DNA of 63,343 bases, from assembly GCA_028716485.1 (NCBI GenBank), contig JAQUPS010000007.1, forward strand, positions 1-63,343, given 5' to 3'. The stretch comes from Patescibacteria group bacterium. GTDB lineage: Bacteria > Patescibacteriota > Patescibacteriia > Patescibacteriales > WJLG01. The notes under the pieces were generated by a model that was not told where the DNA came from, did no database searches, and saw only the letters and a program-made list of their open reading frames with translations. Both the position numbers and the translations under genes were made by a program. Positions within the stretch are counted from its first letter, which is position 1; each line of letters starts with the position of its first letter. Shown here in pieces: positions 1 through 8,162 of the stretch.

Positions 1-2240
1 AAATCCAACTCGCTAACCGTCAAATCGCTGGTCTGATTAGCCTTCATATTGAAGTTAATCGCCTGGATGTCGGAAGTGCCGACAACCGAGCTTAACGCGG
101 TCGAAATCGGGTTGATCGAGAAGGTTACCAGCGGCTTTTGCACCGTAACAGCATTGAAAGATATGGAAGCCGGAGTGACATCAGTAATCGCGGTGTTGTT
201 CTGATCATGAACGATCAGATCGCCATCCGCAATGCTGAACTGATAGCTCGAAGAAGTGGCGGTTGATTTGACATCGGCCACCAGATTGAAGGTGTAAGTC
301 TGGCCGGTAACCAAGGTCTTGCCGACATTGCTGGTCGCGCCGTAAACCTCCGTAAGACTGGTGCCCGAAGACGGAGCGGCAAGGTCAAATCCCTGACCGG
401 TGGATACTTCAACTAACTTGACGTTCTCAATATAGTTGAAAGCGCCCGCGACTGCGTTATCGCCGGTGCTGGTAATGGTAACTTTCAAGGTGTCGAAAGA
501 AGCGGTAGCGCTGCTATTCGAAGTGATCTTGAGAGTGCCGAAAACCACGCCGAGCTGATTCGCTCTCACCTTATCGTTCGGAGCTTCCTGTTTAGCCAAA
601 GCGATCGTGCCGGCCTTGATCTTAAAGCCGGTGACGCTGGCGGAATAGGTCAGCTGAATGAAGGTGGCGCCGGCAATCTTGGCCGCTTGGCCATAGACGC
701 TGCCGATGGCGGCGATATCGGAAGTGCTGTCCACGGAAACGACAACCGTGTCGTTAGCGCGTCCATCAATGATATCAGCATGCACTTCGAATCTGACGGT
801 CTGATTCTTTTTGATCAGAATCGGAGAAGCCAGATTGAAAGTGGCATAACCATTGGATTTACCGGTAAAGCCCAAGGAGCTGGCAACTTTCACGCCATTT
901 TGATAGAGCGAAACGTTCGCAAAATCGCCATTGACGGAAGTACCATCCGATCTTTGGACAGTAACGGAATTCAAAGTGATATCTTCGACGTTGTCATTGG
1001 TAAATTTGAATTTACCGATGATCGCGTTGACATCGCCCAAATTAACATCCGACGGATTGCCGTCCACCGCCAAGGTCAATTGACCGACAGTAACAGCAAC
1101 GCCGCTCATGGTGTTGCCGGATAACGGGAATGAGCCGGAAACAGTAGCGCCGGAAGCGCCGATATCAGAAGCCTTTGCCACGCTCAAATTGTGCTGATTG
1201 GCATCGGTTAAGATAGCTTTCGCGGTGATCGCGATAGTCTGGCCGGCCGGAATAGACAACGGAGTGGCTAAGTTGAAGATCGCCTGGCGATTGGAATCGA
1301 CCGCGCTCTTAACATTGCCGATTCTGGTGCCGTTCGCGAAAAGAACAACGTTCGTTATCGCGGAAACAGCGCCTAAACCATCGGCGGTCAAAATAATGGA
1401 ATTAACAGTGGCCGCGCCATCATTGGAAGCGGTCAAGTTAAACTTCAACATCGGAACCGAAGCATTTTCAGCCACGGAAGCCGCTGCCGGAGTATCGGAA
1501 GCCAAAGCCGCGGAAATACCGCTGCCGCCGGCAACCGGACCCGGAATCACACCACTCTGGGACACAGTATCCAAACCGCTCTCCATGCCATTGATTGTCG
1601 CGCCGGTAGAAGGCATGACATAGGTAGAAGGGACGGTTTCCACGTAGGCAAAGTTGTAGTTATTGGCATCAAAAGCCGCCTGTGAGGCGAATTTTCTCGC
1701 CGTGCCGTCGGCAGCAAAAAGCATGACGTCCGGAGAACCGGAAGTCTTGATCAGCTGGCCGGCCGGATATTGGCCCAAGGCCAACGGAGTGCCAACCGTA
1801 TAGTTCACGAAGAACGAATCAGGCACATCGATAACCTTCTTCGCCCAAGCCGCGCCCCAAAGACTGATGGCGTTAGCTTCGCTAACGATCGATCTTAAAA
1901 CGCCGTTCGGTTCAACCGCGTAAACGGTATTGATGCTCGGAGATTTGATTAATTTAGTACCTGCTCTGACAACGACGTTCGCGGCCAAAGGATAACCTTC
2001 CATTTCGGAAGCAGGAATGGTTATCACGCCGGAGAAGTCCTTGTACCAGGAAAAATAAGTCGCTTCGTTCGGGAAAACATATCTCTTACCATTAGCGCCG
2101 AGGTAATAAACAGAAGAAAGACCGCTGATCTTAATCAAATCGCCGGCTGACGCCGCAGCTTTCGCTTGCGGAGCAACCACGATCGACATCGACAAAACAG
2201 TCATCATCATGACGCTACCGATAAAAATTCTTTTTAACAT
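1..2240 (-). CDS. Large secreted surface/cell-envelope protein, N-terminal ~746 codons (3' end lies beyond the left edge)
   Basis: The minus-strand frame is open from ATG at 2238-2240 to position 1. It is missing from the ORF track because no stop lies in the window. My translation starts MLKRIFIGSVMMMTVLSMSIVVAPQAKAAAS (signal peptide), followed by T/S/V/A/G/N-rich beta-type sequence. Plus-strand ORFs 687-1124 and 1198-1623 are shadows of it. Confidence 0.75.
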   Translation of the reverse strand, partial: MLKRIFIGSVMMMTVLSMSIVVAPQAKAAASAGDLIKISGLSSVYYLGANGKRYVFPNEATYFSWYKDFSGVITIPASEMEGYPLAANVVVRAGTKLIKSPSINTVYAVEPNGVLRSIVSEANAISLWGAAWAKKVIDVPDSFFVNYTVGTPLALGQYPAGQLIKTSGSPDVMLFAADGTARKFASQAAFDANNYNFAYVETVPSTYVMPSTGATINGMESGLDTVSQSGVIPGPVAGGSGISAALASDTPAAASVAENASVPMLKFNLTASNDGAATVNSIILTADGLGAVSAITNVVLFANGTRIGNVKSAVDSNRQAIFNLATPLSIPAGQTIAITAKAILTDANQHNLSVAKASDIGASGATVSGSFPLSGNTMSGVAVTVGQLTLAVDGNPSDVNLGDVNAIIGKFKFTNDNVEDITLNSVTVQRSDGTSVNGDFANVSLYQNGVKVASSLGFTGKSNGYATFNLASPILIKKNQTVRFEVHADIIDGRANDTVVVSVDSTSDIAAIGSVYGQAAKIAGATFIQLTYSASVTGFKIKAGTIALAKQEAPNDKVRANQLGVVFGTLKITSNSSATASFDTLKVTITSTGDNAVAGAFNYIENVKLVEVSTGQGFDLAAPSSGTSLTEVYGATSNVGKTLVTGQTYTFNLVADVKSTATSSSYQFSIADGDLIVHDQNNTAITDVTPASISFNAVTVQKPLVTFSINPISTALSSVVGTSDIQAINFNMKANQTSDLTVSELD

Positions 2241-2690
2241 ACTCATAATAAGTAGTTTCGGAAGCCCTATCTGAATGTCCGAACGCTTAACGCGCGCGAA
2301 CAATTTAAATAAAGCGGAATTGCTTATGAAAATTTCAGGGATTTAGTGCCTGGGCAAATCAATTGGAATCCCATACCCTACCCGATCAAAAGACAAACTA
2401 TTTGCCTCTTAAGCTTCTTCTAGACTAGAAGCCGTGCTGAGCAGAGTAAAATTTAGCTGATTTACTCTGGCTCTTCAGTCCATTACTTTTTTCAAAAGCA
2501 AAATTAATTTTTTTGTTAAAAGGAATTCATCTTATCAAATGTTTAGACCAGTCGTCGGAACGCGATATTCTGCGTTCTAATTTCTGCACAAGATAAGCTT
2601 CGACCTTTAAAGAACTCCATAGCCCGTTTTTAATCGGACCCGTTAAGCCCGAATTGGCTTCGGATTTAACGGCTCCGGCTAAATTTAAAT

Positions 2691-2816
2691 TAGAAATCCT
2701 GAATCCTAAACTCGAAACAAATCCAAATGTTCAAAATTAGAAATTCAAAACGTTTTGAATTTCGTGCTTCGAATTTCGAATTTGTTTAGGATTTAGAGTT
2801 TCGGGTTTCGGATTTC
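2691..2816. repeat. Heptamer-arm hairpin (GAAATCC/CGAAATT type)
   Basis: The perfect palindrome ATTCAAAACGTTTTGAAT (2743-2760) is flanked by imperfectly complementary tandem units. The right arm encodes the methyltransferase C-terminus. Confidence 0.6.
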
Positions 2817-3599
2817 AAACATCTTTTTCATCCCTGGAATTTTCGTTATTAAAGAATAAATATTATCAATCAATCTTACCGCTGGATTACTCCGCATCCT
2901 GTCTAATGCTGCTGGATTTACGGACACGACGCTTTCCCTGAATAAATCGGCCAAGGGTAAATTATTATTGCCGCAAACAGCGATAAAATATAATGGTTTG
3001 GCGGATGCTCCGCCGGCTGGCGGAGAAAAAAGTATATTGCCGGTATTACCGGCTTTAATCAAGCTGGCAAGGCCGTTTATTTGTTCCAGAATAAAAATAT
3101 TTTTAAAATATTTTTTCAATACTGCTTCGAATTCGCCGCGAGTGAACTCGCGCAAGTGATAAGGATTCTTTTGGCCGAATACTTCGCGATTGGGTGTGGA
3201 AACCAAAAAAAATCCTTGCGCATTTAAAACCCGGGCGATTTCCGCCAGATACTTTTCCGCGTTATTTAAATGTTCGATGGTTTCGAAAGAAACAACCAGA
3301 TCAAACGATTTATCCGCTTCGGCGATATTTTCGGCATCCCCTGCTTTAAATTCCAGATTAGCGGCGTGGTAATCTTGCTTAGCCATCGCCACGGCCTCCG
3401 GACTTTTATCAACCGCCGTAACTTTTGCCGCTCCCGCTTCGGCTAATATTTTTGATCCATAGCCGGAACCGCAAGCAATATCCAAAATCTTTTTTCCTGC
3501 CGCCGCCTGCGCTGCCAATCGATAACGAACCAGATGCTCGTCGTAAATTATATTCGCCTTGTTCTCTTTATTTAAAACTAATCTTTCGTCAAAAGGCAT
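2793..3599 (-). CDS. Class I SAM-dependent methyltransferase
   Basis: 268 aa with SAM motif I ILDIACGSGYGS and LVVSFETIEH. The last codons (EIRNPKL) are encoded by a repeat arm. Confidence 0.85.
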   Translation of the reverse strand: MPFDERLVLNKENKANIIYDEHLVRYRLAAQAAAGKKILDIACGSGYGSKILAEAGAAKVTAVDKSPEAVAMAKQDYHAANLEFKAGDAENIAEADKSFDLVVSFETIEHLNNAEKYLAEIARVLNAQGFFLVSTPNREVFGQKNPYHLREFTRGEFEAVLKKYFKNIFILEQINGLASLIKAGNTGNILFSPPAGGASAKPLYFIAVCGNNNLPLADLFRESVVSVNPAALDRMRSNPAVRLIDNIYSLITKIPGMKKMFEIRNPKL

Positions 3600-3610
3600 A
3601 AATCATATAT

Positions 3611-3664
3611 CAGGTAACATGTAGCATGTCCATGAAAAACCTGTTACTTGTTACTTGATACCTG
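3611..3664. repeat. Heptamer-arm hairpin (GTAACAT/CAGGTAAC family)
   Basis: Arms are caggtaacatgtagcatgt and ctgttacttgttacttgatacctg. It fills the spacer 3600-3671. Confidence 0.65.
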
Positions 3665-3671
3665 CCGCATG

Positions 3672-4700
3672 TTATTTTCCGCTCGAACTGCCGACAGTTC
3701 CCGCCGCGCCGCTGCCAGCCGTGGAAGTTCCGGACTCGCTGGCGCCCTTAACCGATCCGGAATCGATATTAGCAATAATTTTTCCCACCTGATCCAGCAT
3801 ATCCTTGGCTCCGGAAAAATCTTTAATATCAAAAGATTGAGTCGCCTTATCCAAAGTGGTATTGATATTTTCGCTCGCGCTAACCGTGGAAGAAGCCACG
3901 TGAGCCACCGCTGAACCGGGGCCGCTGCTGGAGGAAAGACTTTGCGGCGCGCCTAAAGCGGAAGTGGCTCTGCCAATGCCGACATTATCTTTCGAACCGG
4001 TGTTGGGATCATAAAATTGCAATCCTTTACTGTCTTTGCCTGATTCGACGCCGTAGACTTTGCCGCTGGCGTCTTTTTGGATATCGCCGATACCGACCTT
4101 GGCATTATCATCGCCGGCCGCCAGATTGCTGCTGGTGTTATTAACCGCCGATCCGGACGAGTTAAGAGCTAAATTTTCTTGCCGCATTTGATTGATTTCC
4201 GAATATCTTTCTTTTACCGTATTTATTTCCTGCTTGAAATTTTGCGCCAGCTGTTCCGCCTTCTTCTGATTTCCCGCAACATTGAAATTCGGGTCGGATA
4301 ATACCTCGGTTATTTCCATCGCGTGGATGCTGGCCAGCTTCATATCCAATTTCGCTTTATCCTCCTGATTGAAAGTCATCGCCAGCTGAATTTTTTCTTT
4401 CCAAACTTTGGCGATATACAAAGTGTCGCCTGGCTTGGAATTCTTAGCCGCCAGCGCGCCGAAGCTGCCGCCGGTCAAGATGATCATCAGGCAGATAACG
4501 GCCCAGGCAGTAGAGGGCAAAAAGGAAAAAAAGTTTTTAAAATCACAGGCCATCGCTTCGAACAGGCTGACTTTGACTTCTTGACCCACGGAATTGGAAA
4601 TTTGCGCCAACAAAAGATCCCGGGTTTCCTGTTTCCAGGAAGACTCGGGTTTAACATCTTTCAAAATATTCAGCTTAGCGATCAAATCTTTATCATTCAT
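3672..4700 (-). CDS. Single-pass membrane protein, putative anti-sigma factor (DUF5667-like)
   Basis: Lies directly downstream of the ECF sigma gene. It has an N-terminal cytoplasmic segment, one TM helix (AWAVICLMIILTGGSFGALAA) and a coiled, S/G-rich exterior. ATG at 4698-4700 (MNDKDLIAKL) is preferred; a GTG at 4733 is the alternative start. Confidence 0.6.
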   Translation of the reverse strand: MNDKDLIAKLNILKDVKPESSWKQETRDLLLAQISNSVGQEVKVSLFEAMACDFKNFFSFLPSTAWAVICLMIILTGGSFGALAAKNSKPGDTLYIAKVWKEKIQLAMTFNQEDKAKLDMKLASIHAMEITEVLSDPNFNVAGNQKKAEQLAQNFKQEINTVKERYSEINQMRQENLALNSSGSAVNNTSSNLAAGDDNAKVGIGDIQKDASGKVYGVESGKDSKGLQFYDPNTGSKDNVGIGRATSALGAPQSLSSSSGPGSAVAHVASSTVSASENINTTLDKATQSFDIKDFSGAKDMLDQVGKIIANIDSGSVKGASESGTSTAGSGAAGTVGSSSGK

Positions 4701-4809
4701 ATGGTTTATTCCGATAAACTCTTGGACTGTCACGATGCCGCTAAATGATGGTTCCTCTACACTATAATATACGTAAAAGAAAGCAAAACGTTACAGTTGA
4801 CAAAACCTC

Positions 4810-5376
4810 CTATTTCTTATCCGCCAATAAATCTTTCAGAGCTTGCAGGGCGCGAAAAGTCTGCACGCGAACCGTTCCGGCCGTTTTACCGGTCGCTTCC
4901 GCTATTTCCGCGAAAGATAATTCGTCCACAAAGCGCATGATAATCATGTCCCGATATTCATCTTTAAGCTTTTCCAGGCCGGCCCTGACCAAATCCATGT
5001 CAGACAAAATCTCCGCCTGCTGTTCCGGATTTTGCTTTTCATCGGTTAAAGTTTCCAGCAAGCCGTTCTCGGCATTATCCAATCTGGTCTCAATTTCGCG
5101 CAATTGCCGATAATGGTCAATAACCAGATGCTTGGCGGTTTTGTAAATAAAGGCCCGTAAAGACTGGCTTTCATCAAGCCCCTGGCTCTGCGCGTAGTTC
5201 CAAACCTTCAAGAAGACCGCCGAGGTCAGATCCTTGGCTTCTTCCGCGTTGCCAACCTTGAAAAAGGCAAAACGATAAATCTCGTCCGCGTATAGATCAT
5301 AAGCGGCGATAAAAGCGTTTTTATCTTTTTTCTTAACCCGAAAAAGCAATTTTTTGTCTTGCCGGTTTTTATTCAT
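4810..5376 (-). CDS. RNA polymerase sigma-70 family ECF sigma factor
   Basis: 188 aa. Region 2 is IYRFAFFKVGNAEEAKDLTSAVFLKVW. The region 4 HTH is LSFAEIAEATGKTAGTVRVQTFRALQALK. Confidence 0.9.
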   Translation of the reverse strand: MNKNRQDKKLLFRVKKKDKNAFIAAYDLYADEIYRFAFFKVGNAEEAKDLTSAVFLKVWNYAQSQGLDESQSLRAFIYKTAKHLVIDHYRQLREIETRLDNAENGLLETLTDEKQNPEQQAEILSDMDLVRAGLEKLKDEYRDMIIMRFVDELSFAEIAEATGKTAGTVRVQTFRALQALKDLLADKK

Positions 5377-5662
5377 TCGATAAATCAGTTAAACAAAAAA
5401 TCAAGTGCTTACCGCACCATTATTTATTTAAGAGTATAACACAGAAAACCGCTATAAATCAATATGATGCCCGAAATCAAAAAAATATAAACAAATAATC
5501 CGGCCCGCGGGAAAGCAATATTTTGCGTTCCCGGGATTTGAACGGATAAATAATCCGTTCCTACGGGATAGAGCAAAAAGATAACAGCTTGCCCCGCATA
5601 GCTTTAGCGAAGCGGGGCAATATCTTGCGTTGAAACTTCAGGGGTGCGGTAAAGAAAAATAT

Positions 5663-5821
5663 GGGACTGTCGCCGAATGCTCTTTCTGGCAGAATTTTCA
5701 TAATTTTGAGGAAATTTATTTCAAAATTTTTCAGGTAATACGGTTGTATCAGCTGAAAAATTTTCAAATAAATTTACCAAAATTTGAGAATTATGACGAA
5801 AACGGCATTCGGCGACAGTCC
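5663..5821. repeat. 159-bp long palindrome, MITE-like
   Basis: GGGACTGTCGCCGAATGC (5663-5680) is the exact reverse complement of 5804-5821. The AT-rich interior arms are also largely complementary. Confidence 0.7.
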
Positions 5822-5860
5822 CTAACCATCAAAGACTTGGCGCGCCAGGCAAACAAATGC

Positions 5861-5889
5861 TTGAATTTTTTCAACAGTAGGTATATAAT
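5861..5889 (+). promoter_or_regulatory. Sigma-70-like promoter TTGAAT-17-TATAAT
   Basis: TTGAAT at 5861-5866, 17-nt spacer, TATAAT at 5884-5889. It points at the HTH gene starting at 6169. Confidence 0.6.
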
Positions 5890-5906
5890 TCATCTCACCA
5901 AACAAC

Positions 5907-5932
5907 TTTAGTACATTATATCGTGGACAATA
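5907..5932. promoter_or_regulatory. Operator-like site 1 (degenerate palindrome)
   Basis: tttagtacat-tatatc-gtggacaata matches site 3 at 21 of 26 positions. It lies just downstream of the -10 box. Confidence 0.45.
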
Positions 5933-6000
5933 GAATGCAAAAATTGATAAATCTAAATAAACATGTTTAAATATGCCAATAAAACATCAAAATATTTACT

Positions 6001-6025
6001 TTTAGTCCAATCTATTGTGGACTTA
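6001..6025. promoter_or_regulatory. Operator-like site 2
   Basis: AGTCCA (6004-6009), 8-nt spacer, TGGACT (6018-6023). Confidence 0.45.
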
Positions 6026-6063
6026 TCTTGTATTTTTATTATATACAAGCTAATTTAATATAC

Positions 6064-6089
6064 TTTAGTCCACAATATCGTGGACTAAA
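6064..6089. promoter_or_regulatory. Operator-like site 3 (perfect palindrome)
   Basis: TTTAGTCCAC-aatatc-GTGGACTAAA, perfect 10-bp arms, about 80 nt upstream of ATG 6169. Confidence 0.55.
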
Positions 6090-6168
6090 GTCAACCATTT
6101 TAATATTTTTTGAACGCAAAACGTTACGTTCCTACCATTTATATCTCCTGACTTCTTCTTTAATCTTT

Positions 6169-6672
6169 ATGTCTGATTTTTATCAAATACTTAAACGCGA
6201 GATTGAGCCGAATAATAGTGCTAAAACTGCATCGGCGAGGCATAATAAACGTTTTAGTGTTGAAAAACAGCCTGTGGACAACTTAATATTAGAAGGGGAT
6301 TTGCCTTCCGGAGAAAATATCAAATCAATGCCCAGGGTGATAAAAAAAAGACTGGCCAATTCAAAAAAAGGAGGTAAATCGACCGCCAGAAACATTCACC
6401 GAAAAAAAACAAAAGATGATTCGGATTTTTTATCCCTTGAACCGGCCAATCCGATCTGGCTGACCATGGCGGAAACCGCCAAGCTGGGCGGCGTGCAAAA
6501 ACGCACCATCAAACGGGCGCTAAGATCGGGATTCCTTAAATACCGTATCATCGAGAGCCGTTATCAGGTTGATCTGCGCTCAGCGCTCTTGTTCCTTTTT
6601 TCCCGGAAAAAACTCTGGAACAAGCTGAACGAATCCGGCATCGGACAATATGTGGGAAAATGGAAAAATTAA
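6169..6672 (+). CDS. DNA-binding protein with C-terminal excisionase/MerR-like HTH
   Basis: ATG at 6169 (MSDFYQILKRE) is preferred over the track start at 6028, which runs through AT-rich operator DNA. The C-terminal segment WLTMAETAKLGGVQKRTIKRALRSGFLKYRI resembles HTH_17/Xis-type domains. One of only two plus-strand CDS called; the other is the low-confidence small ORF at 7767-7898. Confidence 0.6.
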   Translation: MSDFYQILKREIEPNNSAKTASARHNKRFSVEKQPVDNLILEGDLPSGENIKSMPRVIKKRLANSKKGGKSTARNIHRKKTKDDSDFLSLEPANPIWLTMAETAKLGGVQKRTIKRALRSGFLKYRIIESRYQVDLRSALLFLFSRKKLWNKLNESGIGQYVGKWKN

Positions 6673-6930
6673 TCGGAGATTTTAAATTGGAAATTAGAAA
6701 TTTGGATTATTTATTACTGCGAAATTTTTATTATCAAGCGAAGCGAGCGATGATAAATACCTCGTCCGCTTATAGGCGAGGACGCCTTTTGGAAAAAAGG
6801 GTGCGGGGCTCTGCCCTGAGATTGATACCATTTATTGCGCGACAAAACGGCCATACCGATTAAATTTAATATTTAGGGGGTGTGATTTGCTTACACCTAA
6901 TCTCAAATCTCTAATTTACAATCTCAATCA

Positions 6931-6967
6931 AAAAAAATACCCCGCTTTATGGCGGGATATTTTTTTC
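6931..6967. terminator. Bidirectional intrinsic terminator between the HTH gene and hup
   Basis: CCCGC (6941-6945), loop tttatg, GCGGG (6952-6956), with an A-run before and a T-run after. Confidence 0.65.
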
Positions 6968-6984
6968 TAAAACTATATTCTTAA

Positions 6985-7266
6985 CTAGAGAACCGCTTCT
7001 TTGGCGGCCTTGGAAAGGCGGAACTTAACCACAGTCTTGGCCGGGATCTTGATTGATTCGCCGGTCGCCGGATTGCGGCCCATGCGCTCCTTGCGATTAA
7101 CCTTTACCATTTTTCCGAAGCCCGGAACAACGAATTCGCCGTTGCTCTTTACTTCTTTGTAAGCCATTTCGACGACTGCATCCATCAAGGCTACAACTTC
7201 GCTCTTCTTCATGCCGGTTTTTTCGGCTAAACCAGCCATGATCTGCGCTTTGGTCATTTTCGCCAT
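6985..7266 (-). CDS. hup: HU family DNA-binding protein
   Basis: 93 aa with FVVPGFGKMVKVNRKERMGRNPATGESIKIPAKTVVKF, the typical HU/IHF arm. Confidence 0.95.
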   Translation of the reverse strand: MAKMTKAQIMAGLAEKTGMKKSEVVALMDAVVEMAYKEVKSNGEFVVPGFGKMVKVNRKERMGRNPATGESIKIPAKTVVKFRLSKAAKEAVL

Positions 7267-7630
7267 AGTAGTTGATCATATTTGCCGGATTGCCCTTAAT
7301 TTCCGGTAAATGTGATTTATTTAAATTAATTAGAGATAATTCCCTGATCCGGCAAATAATTGCTATTTTTTCCATTCGAATACTTGGGATTCCGTCCGAT
7401 ATTCGGCTGAAAAAATTATTAGCGGATTATCCGCCTGTTTAAAAATCAAAGAATTATTAAAACTATAAAAGGGCTTACTTATTAGCATTATACACCTGTT
7501 ATTAAATTAACACAATAAAATCAAGGGTAATATCGTTTTTTCGCAAATTTAATAGCAATTCTGCGAATTCTGATTATTGATTAATTATTGCTGATATTAA
7601 ATAAAAAATAATAATATTTTAAATCCGCTA

Positions 7631-7659
7631 TTGACATTAATTGAAATAAATGGTAAAAT
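7631..7659 (+). promoter_or_regulatory. Sigma-70-like promoter TTGACA-17-TAAAAT with TG extension
   Basis: TTGACA at 7631-7636, 17-nt spacer ending in TGG, TAAAAT at 7654-7659. Confidence 0.6.
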
Positions 7660-7766
7660 TTATTTTCATGATTTTTAATATATTAATCAGAGCTATCCGT
7701 TTTCCACAGCTTAACAATTTGATAAATAATTTTTTGCTCTTTTTCCACTTAACAGAAAGGGTTTCT

Positions 7767-7898
7767 ATGAGCAGACGAGCTGTTGCCGCAGTTTCCGCTA
7801 TTATTATTACCGGAATATTTTTCATTCCGCGCGTCAAAAAATTTTTCCTGGAACGGCAAGCAGTCAAAATGAACAATATCCGGCGTTGTTACCAATAG
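7767..7898 (+). CDS. Possible 43-aa single-TM small protein
   Basis: ATG at 7767 gives MSRRAVAAVSAIIITGIFFIPRVKKFFLERQAVKMNNIRRCYQ. It sits between a near-consensus promoter (7631-7659) and a hairpin plus T-run (7919-7952). It could instead be a non-coding transcript. Confidence 0.3.
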   Translation: MSRRAVAAVSAIIITGIFFIPRVKKFFLERQAVKMNNIRRCYQ

Positions 7899-7918
7899 TA
7901 GCGACTGCTACAACCCTT

Positions 7919-7952
7919 ATCCCCGCTTCAAAAATGGAGCGGGATTTTTATT
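7919..7952 (+). terminator. Intrinsic terminator of the small plus-strand unit
   Basis: The hairpin atccccgct...agcgggat is followed by ttttta. Confidence 0.55.
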
Positions 7953-7981
7953 GCCAAAAAAGATCCGAATTCTTCCCGGAC

Positions 7982-8014
7982 AAAAAAATCCCGACTTAAC
8001 GTCGGGATTATTTT
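7982..8014. terminator. Bidirectional terminator downstream of tRNA-Tyr
   Basis: ATCCCGAC (7988-7995), loop ttaac, GTCGGGAT (8001-8008), flanked by an A7 run and TATTTT. Confidence 0.65.
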
Positions 8015-8070
8015 CCCGCCTTCGCGGAAATGGTGGGTTTCACCCACCGAAGTCCGCTTCGGCGGACGAA

Positions 8071-8155
8071 GGTGGGCCGGGAAGGATTCGAACCTTCGTA
8101 GCCGTGAGGCACATGATTTACAGTCATGGGCATTTGACCGCTCTGCCACCGACCC
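8071..8155 (-). tRNA. tRNA-Tyr (anticodon GTA), class II with long variable arm
   Basis: The reverse complement reads GGGTCGGTGGCAGAGCGGTCAAATGCCCATGACTGTAAATCATGTGCCTCACGGCTACGAAGGTTCGAATCCTTCCCGGCCCACC. The acceptor pairs GGGTCGG/CCGGCCC, the anticodon loop is CTGTAAA and the T arm is GAAGG-TTCGAAT-CCTTC. CCA is not fully encoded. Confidence 0.9.
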
Positions 8156-8162
8156 AAATTTC

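Noticed and set aside
5525-5575. tRNA-like fragment (GGGATTTGAAC resembles the complement of a T-arm), possibly a tRNA gene or att remnant.
   Set aside because: It cannot be folded into a cloverleaf. The only good stem is AACGGAT-aaata-ATCCGTT, with a 5-nt loop and no acceptor pairing.
6028-6168. N-terminal 47 codons of track ORF 6028-6672.
   Set aside because: This stretch is AT-rich with a Y/F/I/L-rich translation and runs through the palindromic operator-like sites. The ATG at 6169 gives a sensible protein start.
6673-6930. Possible small RNA: GC-rich hairpins (cctcgtccgcttataggcgagg, gccttttggaaaaaagggtgc, ggtgtgatttgcttacacc) in the spacer after the HTH gene.
   Set aside because: No recognisable family signature (SRP, 6S, RNase P, tmRNA motifs absent) and no clear promoter or terminator pair. 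It is left as an unexplained structured spacer.
7637-7898. Overlapping 79-aa (minus) and 82-aa (plus) ORFs in the AT-rich gap.
   Set aside because: Their composition is typical of spurious AT-rich ORFs. Only the last 43 codons of the plus ORF (7767-7898), downstream of a promoter, were kept, at low confidence.
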